From Calditrichia bacterium (lineage in GTDB: Bacteria; Calditrichota; Calditrichia; JAJRVZ01): a stretch of DNA of 64,000 nt. A program made the position numbers and the translations under genes. Every line of letters starts with the position of its first letter. Position 1 is the first letter of the stretch. The notes beneath the pieces are model-generated. The model did not search any database, was not told the DNA's origin, and saw only the letters and a list, made by a program, of their open reading frames with translations. Shown here one piece after another: positions 1-13,273 of the stretch. The stretch spans positions 128,001-192,000 of the forward strand of contig CAWCNS010000011.1 in the NCBI GenBank assembly GCA_963796965.1, in the 5' to 3' direction.

Positions 1-1123
1 CATACATCTTTGATCCGCTTACAGAAACAACAAACATTGTACTTGTTTTTTCATCGGAGTTAGTAAAGGAAGGAATACTTTTCATCCCTCTGCCATAAGC
101 ATGGTCATGTCCCTGAAGTGCGATATCCACTTGATGTTTTTCCAGGATTGGACCAAAGACTTCTCTTAGTTCTACATTATCCCGGCTGGCCTTGGTTGAG
201 AAAAAGGGATAATGGAGCAATATAGCTGTCCATCTCTTATCATTATGGGTGAGCACAGAATCCAGCCACTTAGCCTGACCTTTCTCTGCCCAATCAAACT
301 CATCGCCCATATCCGTATCGATTGAGATGAGACGCAAATCGTTATAATCAAAGAAATAACAGGTCTCCTCTAAACCCTTAATACCATTATCGGGGAGTGT
401 AAACTGAGGACGCCAATGGGGATCAAGCACCATCTCCCTACTATATTCATGATTTCCGGGTGTCATTGCGCTGGGTATGCTAGCATGAATATAATTGCCC
501 CCATCAAACCATTCTTTCCATTCAATATCTCTTCCTGATCGGTTGATCAAATCTCCGGCATATACAATAAAACCGGCATCCGGCTCTTTTGCATATGCTT
601 CTCGCATCACCCGCGGCCATAATGACCCAATACTGGTTTGTACATCACCCTGATAAATAAAAGAGAACGGTTTATCCCGACCAGCTGCCGTCTTAAAATG
701 AAACCATTCACTCCAGATTTTTCCATGACCAACACGATACATATATTTTTGATCTGCTGTCAGACTATCAAATAATGCCGCATGATAATGAGCAATTATG
801 GTTGATTCACCTTCATAGGTAATTTTAACTTTTTCAACCTTGGCTCTGACCTTTCTGATATTCTCAATAAAAGGGCCGGGTTGCACAATCGCTATCTGTG
901 CCAGAGAGACAGTAACAGTGGTGTCCGTGCGCCAGTTAACAGCCATGGAAGTTGATGGATCTTCAGTGACATTTAAGATGATCCGGTCGGGCTTTTTTCC
1001 AGCGGTGACCTTATCCCCATTCATGGCAATCAGGGTATTGCACAGGCATGTAGTCACGAAGACAAGGGTAACAGCAATAATTTTATTAAGATACCGGGCT
1101 TGAGCAGTTTTATTATTAATCAT
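1..1123 (-). CDS. Secreted purple acid phosphatase-family metallophosphoesterase with N-terminal FN3-like domain (3' end runs off the window)
   Basis: Not in the ORF track because it is open-ended. Manual translation from ATG at 1123 gives a signal-like N-terminus, then DRIILNVTEDPSTSMAVNW, and the motifs GDVQ, GDLIN, PGNHEY and LQGHDH. Confidence 0.85.
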   Translation of the reverse strand, partial: MINNKTAQARYLNKIIAVTLVFVTTCLCNTLIAMNGDKVTAGKKPDRIILNVTEDPSTSMAVNWRTDTTVTVSLAQIAIVQPGPFIENIRKVRAKVEKVKITYEGESTIIAHYHAALFDSLTADQKYMYRVGHGKIWSEWFHFKTAAGRDKPFSFIYQGDVQTSIGSLWPRVMREAYAKEPDAGFIVYAGDLINRSGRDIEWKEWFDGGNYIHASIPSAMTPGNHEYSREMVLDPHWRPQFTLPDNGIKGLEETCYFFDYNDLRLISIDTDMGDEFDWAEKGQAKWLDSVLTHNDKRWTAILLHYPFFSTKASRDNVELREVFGPILEKHQVDIALQGHDHAYGRGMKSIPSFTNSDEKTSTMFVVSVSGSKMY

Positions 1124-1248
1124 AATTGGAATATCTCCCTTTTATTAAAAGTATATAACTTGATCTATCTATAAATTTCCATTACTGACGCCATTACCCC
1201 AATATGTCGACAAAAAATCCTCCTATCTGTCTAAAGATCAGAAGGAAC

Positions 1249-3592
1249 CTACTCTACAAATAACTCATCCATTTTTATTTCATGTTTGGGCATATCCGGT
1301 CCTTTTATAGAAGCTTTAATCGATCTGCGTCCACCTGATTGAAAATAATCAAGACGGATGGGATGCAATCCTGCCTGCAATGCAATTTGCCCATACCTCT
1401 CCTGTGGACCATGCCAACCGTCATTTTCAACGACAAGTTGGTCATCTAAATACAAGCGACTACCGTCATTTGAATCAACAAACAATGTGTAAACACCGTC
1501 CGTGGGAACATTTAAAAATCCCCTAAAGGTAAGCCCAAAGTATTCTGGAAGATCCTCAAAAGGGAAATGGAACTTATCAGTATAACCGGTTGAAAAATTG
1601 GTGCGTTTTTTAAGATCCGCCGTGGAATCAATCGGTTTTTCAAAAACATAATATGTATATTTTAATCCAGGCTTTAAATTTTCTTTACTTGAAGATTGGA
1701 TCAAGTCTTGTTTAATAAATTCTCCTTGGTAAACAGGACTGGATTTGCCATTCAAGGCAATCTCTCTTACTCTTAAACTAGAGGACTTGGAAATAATTAT
1801 AGACTCATCGTAAATAAATGATTCAATTGTTGGTGAGGTACCATCTAAGGTATAGTAAATTTCAGTGGCCGGTCTACCTTGTTTCATTTGAATGGAAATG
1901 GTATCAATGAATACATTGCGGTCATCAAAACCTTCCACCCGCGGCCAGCGATAGTTGACATCCAAAGCATCGAGCCTGAAATAGTGATAGGCTAATCGTT
2001 TTAAAAAATCATCGATGTTACGATCTGATTTGGCAGACCAGACCACCTCGGCCATGGCACTCATTCTAGGCAAGGCCATATATTCAACCTGGCCTGTGGT
2101 TTTAATATGCTCGGTCCACACATTTCCCTGAGCGCCAAGAATGTGCTCTGCCTCCCTTTCTGTTAATTCAGATGGAATGGGTTCATAGGAGTACACTTTT
2201 TCCAATGGCAGAACACTTTCCATTGCCTTTGGTTCTTTTGCCGGGTCGCCCTGATAATAATCAAAGTAGCAGTATGGACTTGGACACATGACCGCATTAT
2301 GTCCTTTTTGTGAGACTTCGATGGCCCCGGCCTCTCCCCGCCATGACATGACAGAAGCATTTGGAGCCAATCCACCCTGTATGATTTCATCCCACCCTAT
2401 AATCTGTCTTCCCCTTAAATTTACAATTTTTTCTATGCGTTGAATAAAGTAACTCTGGAGTTCCTCTCCATTCTTAAGACCTTCTGACTTTATTCGATTC
2501 TGACATTTGATACAATTTTCCCATCGGACCTTTGGGACCTCATCTCCACCAATATGAATATACTTAGATGGAAAAAGATCGATGACTTCCGATAGTACAT
2601 TTTCTAAGAATGTAAAGGCTTCTTCATTTCCAGCACAGTATATCTCATCAGAGATGCCCCAATTCATTTTCACATCAAAGGGACCACCACTACAGGAAAG
2701 ATTTGGGAATACAGAGAGGGCAGCCTGACTGTGTCCGGGCATTTCAATTTCGGGAACAATGGTGATATATCTTTCTTCAGCATATCGGACCATCTCACGA
2801 ATTTCCTCCTGCGTATAATACCCACCATGGGGAATACCATCTAAAACATCCGGTTTATTCAGCAAGGCAGAGGTTGTTCCCTTCCGCCAGGAACCCTTCT
2901 CTGTTAATTGAGGATATTTCTTAATCTCCAAACGCCATCCCTGATCATCCGTCAGATGAACATGCAAGGTATTTAACTTATGCAGCGCTAATAAATCGAT
3001 ATATTTCTTTATAAATTCCAGCGAAAAAAAATGCCGGGCCACATCCAGATGCATTCCCCGCCATTTAAAGCGTGGTTTATCTGTAATACGAATTGCGGGG
3101 ATAGATAATTCAAAATCATCGTCTTTCTGTTTCTTGTAAATCTGAGGGGGAAGAAGTTGCAAGAGTGTTTGGACACCATAAAAAAGACCGGCCGGATTGC
3201 CCCGGATTAATATATAATCAGTCTGTAGCTTCGATCCGATAGCCTTCATCACCAAAACTTTCAGGGACATCTTCAGAGGACAAGATAATTGTATTAGGAT
3301 TGTCTCCCTCAGATTCTATCACGCCAATATTCACATCAATTCCCGTTGATCGATAAATAAAGTCAGCCAGATATCTGGCAGTTCCCTTTACCTCAGGCAA
3401 ATTTCCTGTCAGTATTTTTGTCGATGTAGATATATTGAAATATCCACTTTGCATTGATATTGAATTTGGCTGGGGAATAATTGTTGGTATATCCCCTGGA
3501 TATTTGTTGCAATTCCAGAAGCCAAGAAAAAGAATGAGCACAATTAAGCCTGTAAAATATTTTAAAACAAATCTCATTAATTTCTCTCCCAA
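1249..3592 (-). CDS. Beta-N-acetylhexosaminidase (GH20) with Fn3-like and PA14 domains; one frameshift near 3220-3270
   Basis: DKPRFKWRGMHLDVARHF, HLTDDQGWR and HIGGDE catalytic motif; YYTLDGT; SNDGSRLYLDD (PA14). The signal peptide and GH20b part lie in ORF 3218..3592. Confidence 0.9.
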
Positions 3593-3776
3593 ATTGTTAT
3601 GGGTAGTGAAAAAATAATAACTATATTGGTAGTTGAAGATTACAGGATAAAGGTAACAAAATAAATTGTAAAATCTTTGTAAATATAACCTGAGTCTGCC
3701 GATTTATTTCCCCCTTAAGGTAGACTGTTGCAGTATCGGTTAATTTGCATTATTCTTGGTGTAGTCCCGTATGACG

Positions 3777-3863
3777 GGATCTCCCCCTTGGAAAGGAGGG
3801 GATGTGATTTCGCTATAAGTCTATGTAAAAACATCCCCCTAACCCCCTTCAAAGGGGGAATTA
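3777..3863. repeat. REP-like inverted hairpin pair (CCCCCTT..AAGGGGG type)
   Basis: tcccccttggaaaggagggg and ccccctaacccccttcaaaggggg in the divergent intergenic region. Confidence 0.55.
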
Positions 3864-3992
3864 GATTTTGCTTATTCGAACAGAAAATCACATAATTTTG
3901 CTATATAGGGCTAATATTCGGAAATTTACATGATATAATTCTCAATCAATCATTCCATATTTAAAAATTAAATCGGAAAGTGAAAATAACAC

Positions 3993-6900
3993 ATGAAAAT
4001 CAACATATTATTTACTATTATCACTAGTATGTTATTATTCGTCGTTTCTCCTGCAATATCTTTATCATCAAATGATATAGAATCGATATCACATATTAAT
4101 CCCGTGAACCTACGTTGCGAATATCTGATAAATCCATTGGGTATTGATATCGCTTCACCACGCCTTAGCTGGAATCTAAACTCAGAAGAAAGAAATCAGA
4201 AACAGCATGCCTATCAAATAATGGTCTCGGAATCGGCAAAAGATCTTAAATTGAATAAAGGAGAACTATGGGATACCGGAAAGATAGTTTCAGATCAATG
4301 CCTCCATATTCGTTATAAGGGCAAAAAACTCGCTTCCAGAATGAAGGTTTATTGGAAAGTCCGGGTTTGGGATGAAGAAGACCAGCCATCGGCCTGGAGT
4401 TCTGTCGCCAATTGGGAGATGAGTTTTCTTGGACAAATCAGATTGGAAGGCCAATTGGATCGGTGTCGGAGAGGATAAAAATCCAGATTCCCCTGACACA
4501 GATTCCGGCCCCTTATTTTCGGAAAGAATTTAACCTCAAAAGAGAGATTAGATCTGCCCGGGCTTATATCAGCTGGTTTTGGTTATTATGAATTTTATAT
4601 AAACGGTTAAAAAATCGGCGATCAGGTTCTGGCTCCGGCACAAACAAATTATGATCGTCGTAATATGCGCAATCTGCTCTATCCCTATGATGATCAATCT
4701 GATACACGCGTATTCTATCATAGTTTTGATATTTCACAAGCACTAAAAATGGAATTAATACCGCAGGTGTCATTCTTGGAAATGGCTGGTATAATCAACG
4801 TGACCGTACAGCAGAAGGCTGGTTATGGTATGATACCCCAAGATTTATTCTTCAGATCGAAGTAATCTATGCCGACGATGGACAAATTGAAACCATTTAC
4901 AGCGACGAAACTTGGAAATTCTCCACCGGGCCCATTCTCCATGACGCAAATTTTTACCGGTGAATTTTATGATGCCCGGCTTGAACTTGATGGATGGTCT
5001 GAATCCGGTTTTGATGATAAAGACTGGGAGAGAGCAGAAATTCGTTCGCTCGCCTACCGGGGAACTTGAACCACAACTGGCTCCGCATGATAAAGTGATC
5101 GGTACGATAAAACCCATATCTATCTCCGAAGATATCCGAAGGTGTTTTTCGTCTATGATCTTGGACAAATGTTTTCCGGTTGGATCCGTCTTAAGGTACA
5201 TGGTCAAAAAGGCGATATGATCACTATCCGCTATATTGAAGAATTAGGTAAAGATTACAGACAGAAAGACCTATATATCCTCAAAGGTAATGGTGTTGAG
5301 ACATTTGAACCCAGATTTACCTGGCATGCCTTTCGTCATGTGGAAGTTAGCGGTATTAGATATGCACCCGATCCTGAATGATGTCCTCGGTATGATCGTT
5401 AACACGGCTGTGGATACCGCAGGATATTTTGAATGTTCCAATGATTTATTCAATAAAATTTATCAGAATTATATCTGGACACAATTAGGGAACTTTCATG
5501 GCAACTATTAGCAGTGATTGTCCTCACCGTGAACGGCTCGGATATACGGGAGATGGACAGATCTTGGCCGAGACATCCATGTTCTGTTTCGATATGACCC
5601 AGTTTTATCGGAAATGGATCAATGATATGGCTGATGCGCAAAATAGCAAAACAGGATTTGTCCCCCATTCAGCACCATTTGGCGGCGGTGGTGGTGGGCC
5701 GGCCTGGGGATCTGCCTATGTGACTGTACCCTGGTTTTATTATCTTTATTACAATGATCTGGATATTTTCGCCAACATTATAGGGAATGAAACACTGGAT
5801 AGACTATCTCGGTACCCGAACAGACGAGAGACGGTATTATGTGGTGCGTGAAGAGCCAGGTGCCTGGTGTCTGGGAGATTGGGCAGCACCTGTGTCAACG
5901 GAAGTTCCTCCACCTTTGGTAAATACTGCCTATTATTATTATATATCAACAATTATGGAGAAATGTGCACGGATTCTCCAGGAAAACGAGGATAAAAATC
6001 AATTTTCGACATTAGCAAACAATACTCGAAAGTCATTAAATAAAAGGTATTTTGACATAGGATGAAAGAATACTGGGAGGGCCGGCAGGGATCGGATGTT
6101 TTTCCTCTGGCCTTTGACATGGTTGAAGCACGGATATGAAGAACAGGTTCTTGAAAAGCCTTCGTAAAAACATCATTAAGAATAAGGGTCATTTGGATAC
6201 AGGTATCCTGGCCACACCTCTCATGCTTGATACTTTTGAGCTGAATCCGGGTATGAAGATTTAGCCTTTACAATCATGAATCAGCGAGATTTCCCGGGAT
6301 ATGGGGAGTATATCATCGGTAAAAAGGCAACAACCCTCTGGGAAAATTGGGATGGAAGACTATCACATAGTCATCCTATGTATGGAAGTGTGATTCGTTG
6401 GTTTTATAAGTATGTGGCAGGAATTAACCCTGACCCGCAAAGAGCCTGGTTTTAAACATATTATTATCAAACCAGGCCTAGCAGGTGATCTTACTTATCG
6501 CCCGCGCCGGATATCAACTCTCTTTATGGCAAGATTTCATCGGAATGGCGATTAGATGAGGGTAATTTATATCTAAATATCGAAATTCCTGCTAATACTC
6601 ACGCCACGGTCTATATCCCGGCAACAGATCATAACGTTGTATACGAACAGGGAATAAACAATTAATCAGCATAAGCGAATTAAATTATACAGGAATGGAG
6701 CAAAACTATGCCGTCATTAAAGTTGGCTCTGGTAAAATACAATTTCAGTTCAGAGAACATTAGTTGCTATTGATCAAACCAGTTCATGTTTCAACCCCTC
6801 AGATATTTCCAACTGACACCTTATTCTTAAAACCTGAAAAAGCAAAGATACTAATAAAATCAGCAACCAGTGGTGCCGATATATATTACACCTTAGATGG

Positions 6901-7471
6901 AACGGTGCCAGACAGACAATCACAAAAATATAAGGGATCATTTTAGTATCTGATAACATTGAAGTTAAAGCAAAAGCATATAAAGAAGGATATTTACCCA
7001 GTTTTGTTAAAACCGCTAGCGTGCAGTTTGCGGATCCTGCTATTAATGGACTGAATTACACGGTGATATGAAGGTGAATGGGATCAAAAACCAGATACCA
7101 CAACACTCAAACCCGTTTCAAAGGGAGAGGTATTTCAATTTGATCTGGACAAATAAGCAAGGCGAGAGGATTATATGGCTATCATATTTGAGGGATATCT
7201 TGATATTTTGGAGAGCGGGAAATATACATTTTTTTCCTCGGCAAACGATGGCAGTGTGCTTATATATAGATGACAAAATTATTGTGGATAATGCCGGATA
7301 TGCAGGGTAAAAAAGCCTATTCTGGGAAAATTAACTTAACTATTGGAAAAAGCCATAAAGGTTCTTTACTTCGAAAATTCCGGTTCTGAAACCATCGATA
7401 TATATTACTCTGGGCCGGGATTCGATAAACGTTCAATTCCTCCTCATCTGCTGTATAAGGAAAAAGATTAA
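3993..7471 (+). CDS. Alpha-L-rhamnosidase (GH78) with C-terminal Fn3-like/PA14 domains; heavily frameshifted
   Basis: Fragments in order: NLRCEYLINPLGID..PRLSW, GEFYDARLE, YDLGQMFSGW, FEPRFTWHAFR, DCPHRERLGYTGD, LGDW, TTLWENW, SHSHPMYG, IYYTLDGTVP, then a PA14-like end with TAA at 7469-7471. Confidence 0.85.
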
Positions 7472-7759
7472 GAGGTAATCCAAGGGTAAAAGCGAATCCC
7501 AACGACTTTACGGATTATATTGTCCTTGAATAAAATGGCATAAAATTACCTGATTTTATAATGAACAAAACGTATAATCTATATTCGTGTCAGATTAATT
7601 TATCACACCCTTAACGTAACAATTGTATTTTAAGGGTAAGTTTTGTAGTTTTCTTAAACTGATGTATTTTACTATCTAGCAATTACTCTAAGTATTTAAT
7701 CGTATTTAATAAATAAGAAATCTCCCTCGCATAATAATTATTCATATGGAGGCTTATTT

Positions 7760-9186
7760 ATGAAATTCACTCTGACTGGTTCTATTCATCCTTTTGCTGA
7801 GTTTATCTATCGGTCAAGCACAATCGATATACTCTTCAGACACAGATTCTGACGTATTAGCCGATACCGGCTATGTGCCCGATCCTGAGCTTGTACAACA
7901 GATGAATCCCAAAAAAAACCTGTTGATTCCCATTGCCGAATCAGTTGGTTTGAATCTGGCTCTGGGCGCTTTTAATGCCTATGTTGGTCAGTCTGAATTT
8001 GCCAAAATAAGTTTTAAAACAATTGAAGCATAATTTTGAACGTGGATTTTCAACCGATGCCGATGGATTCCTTACCAATATGTGGGCCCATCCCTTTCAT
8101 GGCTCAATATATTTCAACCTGGCCCGATCAAGTGGTTATAATTATTTTGCTTCCCTTGGTGTAGCAGCAATTGGCAGCTGGCAATGGGAATTTTTTATGG
8201 AAAATGAGCCTCCTGCCTTAAATGATTGGATCATGACCTCAGTGGGTGGGTCTATGCTCGGTGAAATGTTCTACCGGTTTTCCAATAATATCCTTGATGA
8301 GAGTTTGGGTGGCTCTGCCCGGTTCTGGAATGAATTAGCGGCTGGCATTTTCAATCCCGGACGTTTGTTTAACCGCCTGATTTATGGCCGTACCGCCAGA
8401 CAAACCAAAGAGAAACTGTATAAAAAAGAACCCATGCTGGCTGAGATTGGTATTGGTGCTAACAATGTGGCAGACGGGCTCAGCTTTAAAAATGGTCAGA
8501 GAAATCTCATGCTGACACTAGATTATGCCTATGGATTGTTTTTTTATAAACGGACTTTGGGGGCATTCGATCATTTTCGCTTCTACTCTGCTTTTAATTT
8601 TGGTGGTGTTCAGCCGCTGATCGGCCAATTTCGTATCATGAGTACGCTTTTGGCGAAGAACAAACCTGTTGGCGATGGCAGTCGCTTTAACTGGGGATTC
8701 TTCCAGCATTATGATTATTTAAAAAATAGTATATATGAAGTTGGTGGAACCAGTGTGGTTGCCGGTCTTGGATATCGAACCTCACAAAAAGATAAAGTTC
8801 AGTTCCTCGGTCTTTTTCATGCCGGTCCCATGCTTATGGGCGGCGCAAACTCTGATTATTCTGAATACTTCAAGGTTGCATTCCTGGACTCAGGAAGAAC
8901 TTATAATATGGGGCCTGGTGCAACAGCAAAACTGGAGGCCTTGTTACGTTTTCCATTTGGATCCCTACAAATCAAATATAGTTTTTGGTGGATCCATACC
9001 TGGGATGGTGCTCCGGGTGATGAGTTTATTGGTATGTGGCAACCTGCTCTACGGATGCGTTTAGCCAGCCATTGGTATTTGGGATTGGAGTGGATAATTT
9101 ATCATCGACATGGAAAATATGATTTTGCGCCAAATCAGGATGTTCGAAACAATGAACAACGACTTTATGTCGGGTATAATTTCTGA
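7760..9186 (+). CDS. DUF3943-like outer-membrane protein (two frameshifts near the 5' end)
   Basis: GGAGG RBS then ATG at 7760; DGFLTNMWAHPFHGSIYFNLARS..WEFFMENEPP..ND motif; C-terminal YVGYNF barrel signature. Confidence 0.7.
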
Positions 9187-9267
9187 TCATCGCAATGAGC
9201 TATGATTTCTCTAACAAACTATATAGACCTTTCAAATTGATAAAAATATAAACTGGAGGAAAATACA

Positions 9268-9873
9268 TTGAAACTCCATTGGAAAATATTTTGCATTCTT
9301 CTTATCGCAACTGTTGCATTTTCACAAACCTCTGTAGAGCAGACGAACCAGATCTTCCAGGGGGAGAAATTTGTATATGCTGAAGGACTCAGTATCAGCA
9401 GTCTGGGAGAATTTAAAGAAAGCTGGGAGTCCGCGTCTGGCTTCCATGTTGGCTATGGGATTATTTATTCTGACAAAGGATCGCTTGTTCTTCAAACCGG
9501 TTATATGGATTTTAAGGCCAATGAAGACGGTGGTGTCGAAGAAGGATCTACTTTCAGTGTAATTCCGGTTCAGGTTGGCGGAAGGTATTATATTACATTA
9601 GACCGCTTCAGACCTTTTCTATTTGCCATGAATGGATTTAATATCATCCAACAGGATTGGGCGACACCAGACACATCTCTGAATAAGACTAGTTGGCAAT
9701 ATAATTTTCAGGTTGGCTTAGGATTAGATGTGCTTTTATTCAGTGATCTTCAAATAGAACTAGCCGCCAAGTACAATTCCCATCTGCTCGAGCCAACGAT
9801 TCCTTATAACATCACAGGGCTGGAATATAGTGTGGGGCTGGTCTGGAGATTATCTCCTGCCAGAAAAGATTGA
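9268..9873 (+). CDS. Outer-membrane beta-barrel protein (OMP_b-brl-like)
   Basis: Signal peptide, IPVQVGGRYY, amphipathic beta strands. Confidence 0.65.
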   Translation: MKLHWKIFCILLIATVAFSQTSVEQTNQIFQGEKFVYAEGLSISSLGEFKESWESASGFHVGYGIIYSDKGSLVLQTGYMDFKANEDGGVEEGSTFSVIPVQVGGRYYITLDRFRPFLFAMNGFNIIQQDWATPDTSLNKTSWQYNFQVGLGLDVLLFSDLQIELAAKYNSHLLEPTIPYNITGLEYSVGLVWRLSPARKD

Positions 9874-10174
9874 TTGTTCAAAATAAAATGGATTACTGAC
9901 ATTATTCTGATCAATTGAAAGAATCTCACGCAAAGGCGCTATAAGAAGAATAATTATAATATATTTAAATTTTAAATAAAACAATCTCACCTGTTTCATA
10001 TTTAAAAATAAATAAAACTTTGCGGCCTAACGTCTTCGCGAGAGATGACATACCCCAGTGATGTATGTGGAACTCATTCAATATGATTTTCAATAACAAT
10101 AATCTCTCCGTGTATTCTTCCGGCCTGCCCCGTTTCACGGGGGTCCCTCCGTGGTTTTTATAAAGATCACTCTC

Positions 10175-10558
10175 TTAGGATTTATAACTAATCACTTCAA
10201 ACCATGCACCTTGTGGATCCTGGATAACACAAAATCTGCCGACCTCCGGAATATCTTGTGGTTCTACCAAAACTTTTCCACCAAGTGCTTTTGCTTTTTC
10301 CACCGTCTCTTCGACATTATCAACTGTCATATAAACGCCCCAAGTGGGAGGCATTTCACCTGAATCGGGTGTCATGGGCATAATACCAGCAACCTCATCC
10401 CCATTTGCATTTACCACAGAATAGGTCATGTTCTCCATGGGCATGTCCTTATAGGACCAGCCAAAAATCTCCGAATAAAATTTTTTGGCATTTTCCACAT
10501 CTGAGGTCATAAGTTCAAACCAACTAAACGCACCATGCTTGAATAATTTGTCGTTCAT
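10175..10558 (-). CDS. VOC/glyoxalase-bleomycin resistance family protein
   Basis: FSWFELMTSDVENAKKFYSEIFGW...GRFCVIQDPQGA. Confidence 0.9.
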   Translation of the reverse strand: MNDKLFKHGAFSWFELMTSDVENAKKFYSEIFGWSYKDMPMENMTYSVVNANGDEVAGIMPMTPDSGEMPPTWGVYMTVDNVEETVEKAKALGGKVLVEPQDIPEVGRFCVIQDPQGAWFEVISYKS

Positions 10559-10595
10559 ATCTCCCTCCTCTTAAAACGAATTATCAGACCAACAA

Positions 10596-10638
10596 CAATT
10601 AGGTGTACAAATGTACACCTAATTGAGTAATATGTCAA
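10596..10638 (-). promoter_or_regulatory. Sigma70 promoter of the VOC gene overlapped by a 30-bp operator palindrome
   Basis: Minus strand TTGACA (10638-10633), 17 bp, TACATT (10615-10610). Palindrome caattaggtgtaca-aa-tgtacacctaattg at 10596-10625. Confidence 0.75.
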
Positions 10639-10664
10639 GCAATTTTTCCATGATAATCTTTAGT

Positions 10665-10941
10665 ATCACGAAGTAGCACAAAGCAGACACGAAGAGCCAC
10701 GAAGATTTTTAATATCTATTTATATATCAGTATTTGGATATAGATATCCTGTTAACCTGTAAAATTTTTATTTTATATGGTAGTACATGGTACGAGTATA
10801 TATGATTTTAGACAGGATTTGCGGAATTAGTTATTTGAAAAAACCTTCGTGGTCTTCGTGGATTCTTAGGGTTCTTCGTGATATTCCTCTAGTATTACAA
10901 AGTGGCACAGAGCAGACACGAAAAACCACGAAGATTTTCCT
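10665..10941. repeat. Intergenic CACGAAG/CTTCGTG inverted-repeat element
   Basis: tatcacgaag..cacgaagagccacgaag, then cttcgtggtcttcgtgg..cttcgtgata, then a third direct copy acacgaaaaaccacgaag. Confidence 0.65.
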
Positions 10942-10943
10942 GA

Positions 10944-13194
10944 TTAGAAAAACACACGATAGAGCAATTTCAGGTTTCTACCCGGTTCGGGCATAATTTC
11001 TTTTACCCGATTCAGGTGTTGTCTATAGATTGTATTTTGTGCATTCTCGATCCCAAACGTGAGTGTATGCAATAATCCAAAACTACTAAAATAATATTGG
11101 GCCATGAGATCGAAAACGAAATATCCGTTGGTAGGTAGTTCAAATTCGCCAGCACGGTTTTGCTGACTGGCCATGCGTAAGGCGCCCTCAAGACTAAACC
11201 CGCCTGTGGCAAATCTGACTCCCGTCCTTCCTTTAAGCGGGGGAATTCGTGGAATAGGAAAATTTTGCTCAACAAGATCTCCCTTGACATAACTTAACGA
11301 ACCCAGAAATGTCCAGGACTCTAACAATTTCCACTCGAGGGTTCCCTCAATACCATACATAAGTGCATCCTCACCTACGTACTGATAGAGAAACAAATCA
11401 GCCTCTCCGCAAGCTTTTCCTGCCTGTATTTTTTGGAAAAATATAACCGTTAATTTCGTTTCTAAATACAGCAACATGCATATTTGTCTGATCCGTGACA
11501 TGATCAAGAAAGACTTCTAACCCCAAACCATTTTCTTTTCCTAATTCGGAGTTGCCTACCTCATATGAATAGGCTGCCAGATGGGGACCCTCGGAGAATA
11601 ACTCTTCTATTCCCGGCCCACGGAACGTACGCATAATTGTCGTGCCGAAGGTATACCCCTTTCCGGCATTTAATGCTGCAGTTAATCCGGCTGAGAAATC
11701 ATCAAATTGTCGTTCTCTTATATGTAGACTAAAATCTGCCCGTTCGACAATTTTCTCTACAGAAGGAACAACCGATTTATGATCGTAACGTAATGTTGCA
11801 CTAAATCCAAATCGCCCCAGATTATGCTCGCCATAGAAAAAACCAGCATAGGCATATTCTTTTGAGGCAGGTGTGAAATTTAACCCGGAAGAGGCATAGT
11901 CTCTTATTTCTCCCCACAATCCAATTTCCGCGTGGGCCAGGTTTCCTTTCTGGTTGAAGTGGGTTAGCAAATTAAAATCCTGGGTAACAACACCAAAGCG
12001 AACACCAACCAGATTATCAGATTCATATTCTGTATGCTTATACCGCTTGATAGAGTAACCAAGATCTATACGATATAGCCACGGTATTCCCGGATAGAGT
12101 TCTGCTTTTGATTCGAAATGAGTTCGTTCCAGATCAATATTTACACCCCCGGGATGCCCACCATATGGATCCGGAGGAATCCCATACTGAGATCCATAAT
12201 AGCTTCCCGCGGCCCCAACAAATCCCAGATCAGAGAAATATGTCAAGCCTGCTGCAACATTTTTGGTTTCAATTCCTGTGTTAAATAAAGTTTCTTCAGG
12301 AGAGTGAATATCCTCTGCCTGGCGATAACTACCCTCGATTCTTGCTGCAAATGCACCGACGGGTATCACCAGGCCCGATCCAGCAGAGAATCCATTGTTC
12401 ACGGACTCACCCTGCAGCGTCGCAGTTCCGGTAATCCGATGCGGTAAAGTTGAAGGTACATAACCGCGATTTACATTTATTACGCCTCCTAATGTATTTG
12501 CACCGTACAACAAAGCTGCCGGCCCACGAATAACCTCAATTCGATCAGCACTCATTGGTTCGATGACGACCGCATGATCAGCAGAGGTGGCCGAGAGATC
12601 CCCTGTACGATCTCCGTCCTCAAGAATTAATAAACGATCTCCACTAAGCCCCCTTATTACCGGCCGGGCTGGAGCCGGTCCCATCGTCCGTTGGTCTAAT
12701 CCAGGCTCTGATTCAAGTGTTTTTGCTATGGTCATACCGAGATTTTGACGCAGTTTTTTTCCGCTAACTTCAATCACTGGTTTTTGCATCTCAGACTTAG
12801 CATCATATTTATCCGATTCGACAACGATACCTTCCGTACTGAGCGGATCATTTTGAAGCATGATTTTCAGAAAAGTTGTATCACTCTGGGTAATTCTTAT
12901 CGGGATACTCGCATCCTGATATCCAACACGAAAAGTGCTAAGGGAATATTCACCAGGAGGCAAGCCAAAGAAATGAAATGTACCATCATCATGCGCAGAG
13001 ACAGATCGGTTTATTTCTTCAATATACAAAGTCGTCCATCCGATAGGCTCACCCGTAGCAGCATCTTTAATAAATCCAACGAGACAACCAGGCTTTTGCT
13101 CAACCGGTTCCTTTCCAAACACCAGGCTGGCAAAGGATAATAGAACGAAAACGACCAGGAAAGTCAATTTCCTCTGGGATATCACCCTATTCAT
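10944..13194 (-). CDS. TonB-dependent receptor with N-terminal carboxypeptidase-regulatory-like domain, ZnuD-like metal-uptake type; frameshift near 11400
   Basis: Plug motifs RPVIRGLSGDRLLILEDG, DHAVVIEP..RIEVIRGPAALLYG; EELFSEGPHLA; C-terminal PEPGRNLKLLYRVFF. Confidence 0.88.
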
Positions 13195-13273
13195 ACGGTT
13201 TTCTCTTCACGGCCTGTGTGTATGGAAAGTATAGTTAAATATATGATGAACATTCTCTTACCATTATCTCCCA

